Below, one piece after another: positions 38,591 through 48,613 of a stretch of DNA of 64,000 bases. The stretch is from Dehalococcoidia bacterium (GTDB lineage: Bacteria; Chloroflexota; Dehalococcoidia; Plut-88900), in NCBI GenBank assembly GCA_965249275.1, contig CBDFLQ010000006.1, positions 672,001-736,000 of the forward strand, written 5' to 3'. Every line of letters starts with the position of its first letter. The stretch's first letter is position 1. The notes beneath the pieces were generated by a model that was not told the origin of the DNA, ran no database searches, and worked only from the letters and a program-made list of their open reading frames with translations. Made by a program: the position numbers and the translations under genes.

Positions 38591-39574
38591 TCAGGTTCCT
38601 TGAGGCGGTGGGGCGGAGTCCAGGGGCGCAGAGCGGGAGGCGGAGATAACCACTTTTACTTTTCCGGCCCGAGTCCTCAACGCCTCTTTCAGGTCCAGGG
38701 GGTGTAGCACGTACACGTCGTAGGCAAGGCGCAGCTTACGCATCAGGTTTATGAGTAGCCAGCTTGCATCGAAGTGCCACCACCGGAGCCCATGCTGCGC
38801 CGACCGCGGTGAGGCGTGATGGGTGTTGTGTCCCCCCTCCCCGAATCCCAGCAATCCTACTAGCCAATGGTTAGTGCTCCGGTCATTGGTGTTGAAGGGT
38901 CGGCCCCCAAACACGTGGCAAACCGAGTTCACCGACCACGTCACGTGATGTGTCAGGAACACCCGGACCAGCCCTGCCCACAGCAGTGCGCTCCATCCGC
39001 CGATTAGGTAGGGTATCACGAGGCTCAGGGCACACCAGATCAAGCTGGTGCGATGGATGAATACCATGGTCCGGTCGTTGACCAGGTCCCGGGCCCACTT
39101 GTTGTTGTCGGGCCTCTTCGTCCCGAACATCCAGCCAACCTGCGCATGGACGAACCCCTTCAGCAGATTGCTGCTCAGCTGGGGGCTGTGGATGTCCCCT
39201 TCCTGATCGGAATAGGCGTGGTGCTTCCGGTGAATGGCAACCCATGATATCGGACCGCCCTGCCAGGACATTGTTCCGAGGATGACCAGAAGCAGTTTTA
39301 GTGGCGTGTGGGTCTTGAAGCTTCCATGGGCCAGGTAACGGTGAAACCCGATGGTCACCCCTAGCCCCACCAGGACGTACATTACGAAGAGCAGGGTCAA
39401 GTCCAGCCAGTCCACCAGGCTGCCCCACGCCGCATATATCGCATATACCGTCGCTGCCAGTGGCACGAACACTAGAATGCTGATGGCCACCTTCTGGTAC
39501 AGGCTTTCAAGTCGGGGCGTTTGCCCAGTGGTTTCCTGGCGGAACGGGTCTGCCGTAAGTTTCCTAGATATCAT
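38591..39574 (-). CDS. Acyl-CoA (delta-9) desaturase
   Basis: His boxes HRYLAH, HRKHH, HNTHH; NSVCH. Confidence 0.92.
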   Translation of the reverse strand: MISRKLTADPFRQETTGQTPRLESLYQKVAISILVFVPLAATVYAIYAAWGSLVDWLDLTLLFVMYVLVGLGVTIGFHRYLAHGSFKTHTPLKLLLVILGTMSWQGGPISWVAIHRKHHAYSDQEGDIHSPQLSSNLLKGFVHAQVGWMFGTKRPDNNKWARDLVNDRTMVFIHRTSLIWCALSLVIPYLIGGWSALLWAGLVRVFLTHHVTWSVNSVCHVFGGRPFNTNDRSTNHWLVGLLGFGEGGHNTHHASPRSAQHGLRWWHFDASWLLINLMRKLRLAYDVYVLHPLDLKEALRTRAGKVKVVISASRSAPLDSAPPPQGT

Positions 39575-39707
39575 CTTCCATTTTCCGCGCGCTGCTTCGG
39601 GGGTCTGCTGACTGGAGTTCGATAGGCCTACGGGCTTTAGCCCGAGAGTTCCGGCACACGGATAAATTCGGTGTCTGAGACTCAGGCCAAGCCCTTACGC
39701 TCGACTC

Positions 39708-39998
39708 TTATCTGTCCAGCGCCTCGAAGATTTGTAGGTCGTAGCTCAACAGGTGGGGTCGCATCTCTGCGTCGTCTACATAGATAGACGCGGGGATCTC
39801 GTTGGGGCCTGACGGCTTGATAACTGGCTGAGTCCACTCGACGTAGGCTACGTCGGCGTCGCTGCCCATTCCACCTACGTAGATGGTCGCCTTGGCTCGG
39901 CCGTTCTTCTCGTATGCTGCGCAAATCTTATCCAGAGAGGCCGCCACATCCCGGGCTTTTCCAGGCTTCGTACGACATACTCTTCTCAATAGGTACAT
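39708..39998 (-). CDS. Small hypothetical protein (dimeric alpha/beta-barrel-like)
   Basis: GGAG RBS; MYLLRRVCRTKPGKA.. pattern; lies downstream of fhs. Confidence 0.6.
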   Translation of the reverse strand: MYLLRRVCRTKPGKARDVAASLDKICAAYEKNGRAKATIYVGGMGSDADVAYVEWTQPVIKPSGPNEIPASIYVDDAEMRPHLLSYDLQIFEALDR

Positions 39999-40075
39999 AA
40001 CCGCTCCTCCAAATGCTTGTTTAACAGTATCCGCCGACCATTTATGTTATCACAGGAACCCGACCCACGGAGTCC

Positions 40076-41698
40076 CTACAATCCCAGAATGTTTCCCTTT
40101 TCATCAACGTCCAGGGCGCGGGGCAAGGCCGGGAGACCGGGCATAGTCACCATGGTACCAGCGAGGGGGTAAATGAATCCTGCCCCCGCCGAGGCCCGCA
40201 CGTCCGAAATCTCAAACATATACCCCGATGGCCGACCCTTGAGTCTTGCGTTGTGGGAGATGGACAGGTTGGTCTTCGCCATGCAGACAGGCCACTTACC
40301 CCAGCCCATGTCCTGGTAGGTCTTGAGCCTCCTGCGGGCAGCCGGGGCCCATGCCACGTCATCGGCATTGTAGACCTTTTGGGCTAGGGCTAGGACCTTA
40401 TCCTCGGTGGAGGCTTCTTCGGGGTACAGGTACGATATCTCGGGCTTGTCGCCCGAGCTCGCATCCATGACGGCTCGGGCCAGCTCCAAGCATCCGTCTC
40501 CACCTTCGGTAAAGCCCCGGCTCTCGGCAGACCGAACGCCATCAAGGCCTGCCACTGCGTTGCGTACGGTGGCTATCTCTTCATCGGTGTCGGCAGGAAA
40601 GCGGTTGACGGCAACCACCACCGGCAGGTTGAAGCTGCGTATCATCCCGATAAGGTGAAGCAGATTGGGCATACCGTCGACAACGGCCTTCGGATTGCCC
40701 TTGTCTAGCTGGGCCAGAGGGACCCCGGCATGCGACTTAAGCGCCTTGACCGACGCTACGATCACCGTGGCATGGGGCTCGACGTCGTTAAACCGGGCCT
40801 TGATATGCATGAACTTCTCGAAGCCCAGGTCGGCCCCAAAACCCGCTTCCGTGACTACGTAGTCCGCCAGCGCAAGGGCCATCTTGTCCGCGATGACCGA
40901 ACTGCACCCGTGGGCGATGTTGCCGAAAGGCCCGGCGTGGACCATCACGGGCTGACCCTCGGCTGTCTGCACGAGGTTGGGCAGAATGGCGTAGCGAAGC
41001 AGCGACATCATGGACCCTACCGCGCCCACGTCATCCGCGGTAACCGGCTTACCGGCTCGCGTGAAACCGACCACTATGCGAGAGATGCGGGCCCTCAGGT
41101 CCTCCAGCCCCGAGGCCAGGGCCAGTATGGCCATCACCTCCGAGGCGGTTACGATATCGAACCCCGTCTCTCGCACGGGAGCGTTGCCCTCTCCGCCGAT
41201 GCCCGTCATTATCGAGCGCAAGGCCCGGTCTTCGACATCCGTGACCCTTCGCCACGTGATGTCCTCAGGCCCGAATCCTTCGATCTGACCCCGCTGCACG
41301 ACGTTGTCCGTGAGAGCGGCCAGCAGGTTGTGCGCCGAGCCCACCGCATGGGCATCTCCGGTGAAGTGGATGTTGATCTCGTCATCGGGCACGACGGTGG
41401 TCTTGCCGCCGCCCGTGCCTCCACCCTTGATCCCGAATATCGGGCCAAGGGACGGCTCCCTCAGGTTGGCGATCACCTTTTCACCCAGCTTGCCCAGGCC
41501 TTGGGTCAATCCCACCGTGACCGTGGTCTTTCCCTCACCTGCTCGGGTGGGCGTTAGCCCGGTGACCACTATCATCTTGCCCCTGGACCCCGACGTATCG
41601 ACGGATTCCAGGGGGATCTTCGCCTTGTAGTGGCCGTAGGGAACTATCAATTTTTCGTCGAGGCCAATAGTGGCCGCGATCTCTTGAATGGGCCGCAT
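40076..41698 (-). CDS. fhs: Formate--tetrahydrofolate ligase
   Basis: PTRAGEGKTT, LREPSLGP..KGG, HAGPFGNIAHG, TEAGFGADLG.EKF, CMAKT motifs. Confidence 0.96.
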   Translation of the reverse strand: MRPIQEIAATIGLDEKLIVPYGHYKAKIPLESVDTSGSRGKMIVVTGLTPTRAGEGKTTVTVGLTQGLGKLGEKVIANLREPSLGPIFGIKGGGTGGGKTTVVPDDEINIHFTGDAHAVGSAHNLLAALTDNVVQRGQIEGFGPEDITWRRVTDVEDRALRSIMTGIGGEGNAPVRETGFDIVTASEVMAILALASGLEDLRARISRIVVGFTRAGKPVTADDVGAVGSMMSLLRYAILPNLVQTAEGQPVMVHAGPFGNIAHGCSSVIADKMALALADYVVTEAGFGADLGFEKFMHIKARFNDVEPHATVIVASVKALKSHAGVPLAQLDKGNPKAVVDGMPNLLHLIGMIRSFNLPVVVAVNRFPADTDEEIATVRNAVAGLDGVRSAESRGFTEGGDGCLELARAVMDASSGDKPEISYLYPEEASTEDKVLALAQKVYNADDVAWAPAARRRLKTYQDMGWGKWPVCMAKTNLSISHNARLKGRPSGYMFEISDVRASAGAGFIYPLAGTMVTMPGLPALPRALDVDEKGNILGL

Positions 41699-41714
41699 CC
41701 CTGTTTACCTCTGT

Positions 41715-42893
41715 CTACTCCCCGCGTCTGGAGACGATGGGGAGCTTGACGTAGGGCTGGTTTTTGGAGCCGTCGATTGGGCGCCGCTCCAGGAACGCGG
41801 TCCTGCGCTCCATGCACTCTTCGGAGGCCATGTAGTCGGGTATGTGCCTCTGCACGGGCCCGACTTCCGGCAGGATGTGATCGTTGTATTCCAGGAAGGA
41901 GATCTTCTGCATCTGCAGGATTACCGGGCTGACGTTCTTGATTAGCTTGATCCACCGGTCAACCTCGGCCCACAGTCCATCGGGCTCGACCACCTTGTTG
42001 ACCAGGCCCATGTCAAAAGCTTCCTGAGCCGTGTACTGCTGGCAGACCATCCAGATCTCCCGGCCCCTCTTCTGCCCGACCCGCGCGGCCAACTCGGCAA
42101 CGGAGTGGCCCGCAGCCGGACTCCCGACCCGGGGTCCGGTTTGCCCGAACCGAGACCGCGTCGTGGCAATTGTGAAGTCCGACTGGTAGGCCAGGATGTT
42201 CCCCGACCCTATCGCGTAGCCGTCCACCGCCGCTATGACTGGCATCGGCATCTGCGGCACGACGCTGTGCAGGTCGACTTTGGCCGTACCGGAGTACATT
42301 GCGCTCTCCACGTCGGGGTCGTAGGACTGGTCGTTCCCGGTGCAGAATCCATTGGGCCCTGCGCCGGAAATGACCGTTACTCGGATCGAGCTGTCGTCGG
42401 CAGCGTCAAGCAGAGCTGTGGCAATCTCGTCCATCGTAATGCCCCGTTTGGCGTTGTAGGTATCGGGGCGGTTTATCAGCAGCCAGGCAACGCCGTCATC
42501 CTTGTGGTAGACGATGTCGTTGTAGGCGTCGGAGTTGATGATAGGGTCCCTGTAGTTGGTGAACTTCTGGTCGATCATGTCGACGGCCCCGGAGGCTACC
42601 TGTAGCAGTTCACCGGCAGAGTAGTCGCCCTGGGTAGGCCCCGTGATGGCATCGGCGCCCATCTCTGCGTTGACGCCGCCGCGGCCGTTCAACCACCGAG
42701 TGTAGCCTCGCATGAAGTCGTGGACTGCGGGACAGGCCTTGTGACTGAAATCGATCCTGTTACCCGACGCAAGATCGTCCACGGTCACGGCAAATGCTGC
42801 GTTGCCGTTGCCGCCGGACTTGAGGCTCAGGTTGAACCTTACACCAGCCGGCTTGTAGTCGTTGCTGGCCTCGAAATTGATATTAGCGGACAT
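41715..42893 (-). CDS. MenB/BadI-like crotonase with ~120-aa N-terminal extension
   Basis: INRPDTYNA, FCTGNDQ, GYAIGSGN, FGQTGPRVGS, VGQKRGREIW motifs. Confidence 0.75.
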   Translation of the reverse strand: MSANINFEASNDYKPAGVRFNLSLKSGGNGNAAFAVTVDDLASGNRIDFSHKACPAVHDFMRGYTRWLNGRGGVNAEMGADAITGPTQGDYSAGELLQVASGAVDMIDQKFTNYRDPIINSDAYNDIVYHKDDGVAWLLINRPDTYNAKRGITMDEIATALLDAADDSSIRVTVISGAGPNGFCTGNDQSYDPDVESAMYSGTAKVDLHSVVPQMPMPVIAAVDGYAIGSGNILAYQSDFTIATTRSRFGQTGPRVGSPAAGHSVAELAARVGQKRGREIWMVCQQYTAQEAFDMGLVNKVVEPDGLWAEVDRWIKLIKNVSPVILQMQKISFLEYNDHILPEVGPVQRHIPDYMASEECMERRTAFLERRPIDGSKNQPYVKLPIVSRRGE

Positions 42894-43075
42894 ATGGGGC
42901 CACCTCCATAAGTTTGTCTAGGACTCGGGCGAAATCTTCGTGATTGCCCTGCCCGCGATAATACCACACGCACCCTTTAACTTACTCGTCAAGTGGCCCG
43001 GACAAGCCACTCCCACGATGCGACTCTTGCATGCTCCGGCCGGAGAGGAAGGAGTCCTATTCCCTTTCCCTAGAT

Positions 43076-43207
43076 GAGGCCTTTGCATAACCTGTGTTGG
43101 CGGGGGCGTGAGGCCGCTCGTGCTGAGGCTCTCGAAGTATGAGCGGGGGGTCTTAGGGCATCTGGATGCAACAACAGAAACGCGATATACAGCTACGCAA
43201 AGGCCTC
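43076..43207. mobile_element. MITE with 16-bp TIRs and 5-bp TSD, inserted in a REP hairpin and carrying a second REP
   Basis: GAGGCCTTTGCATAAC..GCTACGCAAAGGCCTC (14/16 match), flanked by a TAGAT direct repeat; internal CCGCTCGTGCTGAG..TCGAAG..GAGCGG. Confidence 0.75.
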
Positions 43208-43324
43208 TAGATGGGATAGGGCTAGGGTGTTCTCCAATAATCGACCAACAAAACCATTGCTCAACAGGTCATCTCATGATGGCCCCACCAGAAAATGAAA
43301 ATCTCATCCGTGGCTGAGAACTGC

Positions 43325-44461
43325 CTACCCCACCTCTACCCCCATCAACCTCGCAGCCGTCCCACCAAGGATATCCGCGCGCTGCTCATCGGTCAGGAAG
43401 TCGCAGTGGCGGCGAAACTGGTCCAGGCACTGGTTGTAGGTGCAGAACCGGCCCACCATCGGCATGTCCGAGCCCCAGATCAGCCGGTCCGCCCCGACAC
43501 GCTCCACGCACTCATGTATCGCCGATTCAGTTTCCTTCCAAGGGTACTCCCACCGCCTCCCCACCTGTATAACGATCACTATCTGCATGTAGCAATTGGG
43601 CGACTGGAACGGCTCCCAGATCTCCTCGGGGAAGACGATCTTGTCACCTTCCATAAAGGGCATCCAGGGCAGACCGTGAGTAATCATCGTCGTCAGGTGT
43701 GGGTAACGCTCCATCCAGCGGATGAGCGCACGTTGCTCTTCCATATAGGCGTCGGTCCAGGAAGCTTGGTAAGCGCCGCCCGCCGTGCCCCCGATTAACG
43801 TGAAATAGACCGGCACGTTGCGCTCGGCCAGGGCATCCCAGAAGGGCCGCATGGGGCCGTCGTCCCAAGGCTCATCATGGCCAACCTCTACTCCCCCGGC
43901 AGGGGCGTAGTAGTAGCCGGGGATGAACTGATATCCGACCACCCCACCCGCCGCCAGCTCCCTGTCCAGGGCCTTGATCGCAGCGTCCGGATCGTTGGGT
44001 ATCGAGGCTTCTCTGAGGTAAACGGTGCGACGGAACCGGTCCGGGAACCGGGTGGTGGCATCCCGCAGGTAGGCGTTGAGGTGGGTAGGGTGACCCATGG
44101 TGGGATAGGTGTGCAGGACGCCCAGGTCTATGCCCGCGTAGTCCATCTCGGCCAGCATCACCTCCGGGGTGCATTCAAGGTTGTGTAGCATTGGCGGGGT
44201 GTGCTGCTTGGCGTAGACCTCGCCCTCGTATTCCCAGGCGATGTTGCCGTTGTGCCGGGTCCAACGGATGTCTCTAAGCTCTCCCGTCTCCGGGTCGACG
44301 AGAACCGAGTTGTCAAAAACCTTCCGGTCTCTGACCCGCCACACGGGCTGGTAGTGTCCCCCGTATTCTGACTGCAGCATCCGCATCTTCTCGTCCAGGG
44401 TGTCATAGCCCTGAGGAAGGTCCATTTGGGGAAAGCAATAGTTGTGGCCGTCTATGATCAT
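43325..44461 (-). CDS. Amidohydrolase family 2
   Basis: IIDGHNY, EMDYAGID, THG, LIWGSDMP, ILGGTAAR motifs. Confidence 0.82.
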   Translation of the reverse strand: MIIDGHNYCFPQMDLPQGYDTLDEKMRMLQSEYGGHYQPVWRVRDRKVFDNSVLVDPETGELRDIRWTRHNGNIAWEYEGEVYAKQHTPPMLHNLECTPEVMLAEMDYAGIDLGVLHTYPTMGHPTHLNAYLRDATTRFPDRFRRTVYLREASIPNDPDAAIKALDRELAAGGVVGYQFIPGYYYAPAGGVEVGHDEPWDDGPMRPFWDALAERNVPVYFTLIGGTAGGAYQASWTDAYMEEQRALIRWMERYPHLTTMITHGLPWMPFMEGDKIVFPEEIWEPFQSPNCYMQIVIVIQVGRRWEYPWKETESAIHECVERVGADRLIWGSDMPMVGRFCTYNQCLDQFRRHCDFLTDEQRADILGGTAARLMGVEVG

Positions 44462-44534
44462 GGTCGCCTCCGGTGTTGGAGCTTCTATAATCGAGTGTTA
44501 GTGCACTAACCAAGAAGGAGCTTCAGAATAAGTG

Positions 44535-45602
44535 TCAAGCGGGCACTCCCGGCAGCGTGTCCCGAATCCCCAGCCGGTCTATGGTCGCACGCACGCGGGC
44601 CCAGGTGGCGTCCTCCACCTCCACGCCGTTAGCCTGCCGTTCTCTTCGGGTCCGTGCCTCGATCTCCCCAGGGTAAAGGATTTCATCGAATCCTGACATC
44701 AGGGGCGTGTCCTTCACGTAGTCGATGGTCCAGTCAACGTTTTCGGCCAACCCCGTCGGCGATCTCAGTTTGCTTATGTCAATCACAATTATCGTCGAGT
44801 CCCCGACCGACTGCCCCGAGCCCTCAAAAGAAATGGGCGAGTCCTGGCCGAGCATCCTCCCCAGCAGAAACACGAACATGCTCAGGGCGAACCCCTTGTG
44901 TCCCATGCTCAGCCCGCCCAAAGGCAGAACGGTGCCTCCGTCGAAGTAGTCTTGAGGGTTGCTGCTGGGTTGACCCTCTGAGTCCAGTAGCCATTCCCCC
45001 GGCAGTGATTTTGAGCGAGCCTGGTACACCCGCACCTTGCCTACCGCCGTAGCCGAGGTGGCGAAGTCCAACAAAATGATGCGGCCTTCGGTGTGCGGGA
45101 ACGCCATCGACATTGGGTTGGTCCCCAATCGACCCTTGATACCGCCGAAGGGCGCCACTCCGAAGTCATTGTCCAGCTGGTTCCCGCCGAACATGATTGC
45201 GGCCATACCCTCTTTCGCCGCCATCTCCGGGTACGTGCCAAAGCGCCCCGAGTGCGCGATATTGCACATAGTAACCATCCCGATTCCGTATTCCCTCGCC
45301 AGCCGTATCGCCGTCTCAGTGGCGAACTTCGCCCCAACCTGCCCGAATACCCCATGACCATCTACCTTTGCTACAGCCTTCTCTTCATAGGCAATAGTTG
45401 GTCTAGCCTTGGGGTCTACGCGACCTTCCTCTATTCGCTGCACGTAGTCGGGAATGCGGAGCAGGCCGTGAGAGTCATGTCCTGTGAGATTGGCGTCGGC
45501 CAGGTGAACGGCTACAGTATCGGCGTTCTCCTCCGCGGCCCCCGCCGCGAGAAGTATCTCGTAGACTACGTCCCTTAGTTGCTGACCTGTGAGTATTGGC
45601 AT
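44535..45602 (-). CDS. Ldh_2 family oxidoreductase (type 2 malate/L-lactate dehydrogenase)
   Basis: GHDSHG, HSGRFG, GTNPM, LDFATS, GHKGFAL, YPGE motifs. Confidence 0.9.
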   Translation of the reverse strand: MPILTGQQLRDVVYEILLAAGAAEENADTVAVHLADANLTGHDSHGLLRIPDYVQRIEEGRVDPKARPTIAYEEKAVAKVDGHGVFGQVGAKFATETAIRLAREYGIGMVTMCNIAHSGRFGTYPEMAAKEGMAAIMFGGNQLDNDFGVAPFGGIKGRLGTNPMSMAFPHTEGRIILLDFATSATAVGKVRVYQARSKSLPGEWLLDSEGQPSSNPQDYFDGGTVLPLGGLSMGHKGFALSMFVFLLGRMLGQDSPISFEGSGQSVGDSTIIVIDISKLRSPTGLAENVDWTIDYVKDTPLMSGFDEILYPGEIEARTRRERQANGVEVEDATWARVRATIDRLGIRDTLPGVPA

Positions 45603-45758
45603 CGGTTGTGCTCCCGTTTTCTCGGGTCTTGATGGCCGGTATTGTACACGGCATCCGCCCCTTGCCGGCAAAAATTAAGTAGAATGCCGTTGGCATTTAA
45701 CCGTCGCCCGGATTTCTTACAATCGAAGTCGTCAAGACACTACGTCAGGAGGCAACAA

Positions 45759-46367
45759 GTGACTACCGAGGAAAAGTTGACCATGTCTTTGGGAGAGGCG
45801 ATGTTCTCCCAGAGGGCAATAAGGCGCTTCAAACCCGACCCCATCCCCGATGAAGACCTGCACGCCGCCCTTGAAGCCGCCACCAAGGCCCCGAGCGGGT
45901 CCAACCTGCAGCCCTGGCGCTTCATAGTGATTCGGTACCCCGAGTTGAAGGAGAAATTCGGAAAGCTCTATCACGAGGCCTGGTGGGCCAAGCGCCGGGA
46001 CCAGGGCATCTTCCCCAAAGACATTCCGGCGGGCAAGGGCACCATTCAGTCAGCCAGGCAATTGGCCGACGAAATAGGCCAGGCCCCCGTCATCGTGCTC
46101 GTTTGCGCCACTTCCCAAGGTGCCGGTTCAATGGCCTCCGTAATCCCTGCAGCACAGAACCTGCTCCTCGCCGCCCGTGGCCAGGGCATCGGGGGCGTCC
46201 TCACAACCCTCCACCCGGATGTCGACGAGCGCGTACAGCAGTTGCTCAACATGCCCGCTGAGGCCCAGGTCGTATACTGCATCCCCCTCGGATACCCGAG
46301 AGGCCACTTCGGCCCCACCCAACGTAAACCCCTCTCCGAAGTCGTCGCCTACGATGGCTGGAACTAA
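45759..46367 (+). CDS. Nitroreductase family protein
   Basis: RAIRRFKPDPI, APSGSNLQPWRF, IPLGYP; AGGAGG RBS before GTG. Confidence 0.9.
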   Translation: MTTEEKLTMSLGEAMFSQRAIRRFKPDPIPDEDLHAALEAATKAPSGSNLQPWRFIVIRYPELKEKFGKLYHEAWWAKRRDQGIFPKDIPAGKGTIQSARQLADEIGQAPVIVLVCATSQGAGSMASVIPAAQNLLLAARGQGIGGVLTTLHPDVDERVQQLLNMPAEAQVVYCIPLGYPRGHFGPTQRKPLSEVVAYDGWN

Positions 46368-46412
46368 GAGCCGGAATTGGGAGAGGAGTCTTATCCCCTC
46401 TCCCTTGATGGG

Positions 46413-46462
46413 TGTATAGACCGGGGACATAGGTTACACATGTTCGGAGACATGGGTTACAC
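46413..46462. mobile_element. IS481-family terminal remnant
   Basis: TGTATAGACCGGGGACATAGGTTACACATGTTCGGAGACATGGGTTACAC: TGT terminus plus tandem GGrGACATrGGTTACAC motifs. Confidence 0.6.
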
Positions 46463-46497
46463 CATAAGGCATGGTAAATCTGATTCAGGAGGGTTTT

Positions 46498-46536
46498 CCG
46501 TTCGCACTGAGCAGAGTCGAAGGGTTAACCGAACGG
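46498..46536. repeat. REP family CCGYTCR..CTGAG..TCGAAG..GARCGG (other copies at 43114-43146, 50695-50729, 57304-57338)
   Basis: Four similar imperfect palindromes, all intergenic. Confidence 0.8.
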
Positions 46537-46662
46537 AATGGGAGGGGTTTCCCAGCCCAACGCCAGGAGTTATGCAAAGGCATCTCAATTGGCCGCAGGC
46601 TCGTTGATGAGAGGCGATGATGCGGAAAGTGCGCCTTTAGCGTGCGCCGAGATGGGAGAGGG

Positions 46663-47586
46663 CTAGGGTGAGGGTGATCCCGCCCCCGCTGCCACCATCC
46701 CCTCATCCGCCGCAACAGCGCCCTTGAGCGCAGCAATCGCCACCTCTATCTGGCTGTCGTCGGGGCGCCGAGTGGTGAGCATCTGCAGCAGCAACCCCGG
46801 ACCCAGCAGCACCTTCAGAAACCGGTTCGCCGAATATCGACCGTGAATCCTCAATACCTCGTAGGAGATACCCGCAATTACCGGCAAAAGCGCTATCCGG
46901 GACAAGATCCTTATCCACAACGGCGGATGCCCCAGGGCCAGGAACACGAGAATTGCGATCAGCACTACCAGCAATAAGAACGCCGTGCCGCATCTCGGGT
47001 GCAGGGTGGTGTACTTCCGAACGTTGTCGACGCTCAGCTCCTCGTCATGTTCCATGGCGTGGATCGACATGTGCTCGGCGCCGTGGTAGGCGAATACCCG
47101 CTGGATATCCTTCATCCTGCCAATCAGGAGGATGTATCCGAGAAACAAGCCCAGCCGCACCCCGCCTTCTATCACATTTAGCAGAGCCGCCGAGCTTATT
47201 CGGTCGTCAAGCCACTCGTTGAGAAAGACCGGCCCGACAAAGAACACCGCGATCCCAAAAGCGAGGCCTACTGCCAGGGTGACCCACAGCATCACGTCAG
47301 TCCCCGTGCCTCTCTCCTCCCCCTCCCCACCTTCGAGCTCATCTATAGCGACCTGGGCCGAGTACATCAGGGCCCGGGTCCCGATGACCATCACCTCTAA
47401 GAGTGTGATGAATCCCCGAACTAATGGGACCTTCTTGAGCGTGCCCGTAAAGAGGCTTTGTATCGGGTCGGTCTTGAGCTGAATCTCGTTGTCCGGGCGG
47501 CGCACCGCAATGGCAATGTTGCTCTTGCCCCGGATCATCACCCCTTCTATGACGGCCTGCCCGCCGTAGGGGACCCGTTTTGCCAA
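46663..47586 (-). CDS. DUF1385 (YqhQ-like) membrane protein
   Basis: GGQAVIEGVM, YHGAEH, HPRCGTAF, QIEVAI motifs. Confidence 0.92.
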   Translation of the reverse strand: MAKRVPYGGQAVIEGVMIRGKSNIAIAVRRPDNEIQLKTDPIQSLFTGTLKKVPLVRGFITLLEVMVIGTRALMYSAQVAIDELEGGEGEERGTGTDVMLWVTLAVGLAFGIAVFFVGPVFLNEWLDDRISSAALLNVIEGGVRLGLFLGYILLIGRMKDIQRVFAYHGAEHMSIHAMEHDEELSVDNVRKYTTLHPRCGTAFLLLVVLIAILVFLALGHPPLWIRILSRIALLPVIAGISYEVLRIHGRYSANRFLKVLLGPGLLLQMLTTRRPDDSQIEVAIAALKGAVAADEGMVAAGAGSPSP

Positions 47587-47597
47587 CTCTTCTCCTT

Positions 47598-47629
47598 AAA
47601 TCAAAAGAGGGAGCACATAAGCTCCCTCT
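47598..47629 (-). terminator. Terminator after rpmE
   Basis: AGAGGGAGC-TTATGT-GCTCCCTCT followed by TTTGATTT on the minus strand. Confidence 0.75.
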
Positions 47630-47650
47630 AGTGGTCGGACAGGACTAAAG

Positions 47651-47854
47651 TTACTTGATCCCGTACCTTCTATTGAACTGCTCGACCCTGCCGCCGCTGT
47701 CTATAATCCGCTGCTGGCCGGTGAAGAAGGGGTGGCACTTGCTGCAAAGCTCCAGCCTGATCTCCGACTTGGTGGACCCGGTTTCGAAGATAGTGCCGCA
47801 GCTTCCGCAGGTCACGGTGCAGAGTTGGTACGTCGGGTGTAACTCAGTTTTCAT
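47651..47854 (-). CDS. rpmE: 50S ribosomal protein L31 (Zn-binding type)
   Basis: MKTELHP..CGSCG..CSKCHPFFTG. Confidence 0.97.
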   Translation of the reverse strand: MKTELHPTYQLCTVTCGSCGTIFETGSTKSEIRLELCSKCHPFFTGQQRIIDSGGRVEQFNRRYGIK

Positions 47855-47856
47855 TC

Positions 47857-48120
47857 TTAAGCGTCCTGGACCGGGTTGATGCTGACTTTCTTACGGTACT
47901 TGGAATGGCGCTGAAACTCGACCTTACCGTCCTTAAGGGCGAACAGGGTGTGGTCCCTCCCGACACCCACGTTGGTCCCGGGATGGATCTTCGTTCCCCG
48001 CTGCCTCACGATGATGGAGCCCGCAGTCACGAGCTCACCACCGTACCGCTTCACCCCGAGCCTCTGGCCCTGGCTGTCCCGGCCGTTTCTGCTGCTGCCG
48101 CCGCCCTTCTTATGAGCCAT
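47857..48120 (-). CDS. rpmA: 50S ribosomal protein L27
   Basis: [21 protein letters not shown]. Confidence 0.98.
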   Translation of the reverse strand: MAHKKGGGSSRNGRDSQGQRLGVKRYGGELVTAGSIIVRQRGTKIHPGTNVGVGRDHTLFALKDGKVEFQRHSKYRKKVSINPVQDA

Positions 48121-48503
48121 TACGCTTCACTTTCGACCTTCGCAGGCTGCTTGGCAGCCCTGGATCTCGGGGCTCGGCCTGCGTTTATTCTTTCTATAGC
48201 GACTTTGGTGTGGTCCTGGCGGTGTCCCGTCTTGCGGCGGTACCTCACCTTCGACTTGTACTTGAAGACGATGACCTTTTTGTCGCGCCCTTGCCCCAGC
48301 ACCCGTGCCTTGACCTTGGCCCCGGACACCGTCGGCGCCCCGACTTTAACAGCGCCGCCCTTCGAGACGAGCAGCACTCGGTCGAACTCGACAGCGCTGC
48401 CCGGTTCAAGTGCTAGTTTGTCGAGCACGACAGTGTCGCCCACTGAGGCTCTGTACTGTCGGCTCCCCGACTGGAATATTGCGTAGTCTTTTATTTCATT
48501 CAC
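48120..48503 (-). CDS. rplU: 50S ribosomal protein L21
   Basis: [21 protein letters not shown]. Confidence 0.96.
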   Translation of the reverse strand: MNEIKDYAIFQSGSRQYRASVGDTVVLDKLALEPGSAVEFDRVLLVSKGGAVKVGAPTVSGAKVKARVLGQGRDKKVIVFKYKSKVRYRRKTGHRQDHTKVAIERINAGRAPRSRAAKQPAKVESEA

Positions 48504-48512
48504 AACCCTCGA

Positions 48513-48542
48513 ATTTTACTTCAATGACTAATCGCCTGTCAA
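48513..48542 (-). promoter_or_regulatory. sigma70 promoter of rplU-rpmA-rpmE
   Basis: TTGACA-18 nt-TAAAAT on the minus strand. Confidence 0.6.
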
Positions 48543-48613
48543 AGCGGGTGCTTTGCTATACTTTCCCCCGTCAAACATAAGGTACGTCCATGCCGCGGAA
48601 AGACTAGACTCTA

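Noticed and set aside
40076-41698. Fhs as evidence of the Wood-Ljungdahl pathway
   Set aside because: No acsB, cooS or other pathway genes in the window; Fhs is common in heterotrophic C1 metabolism
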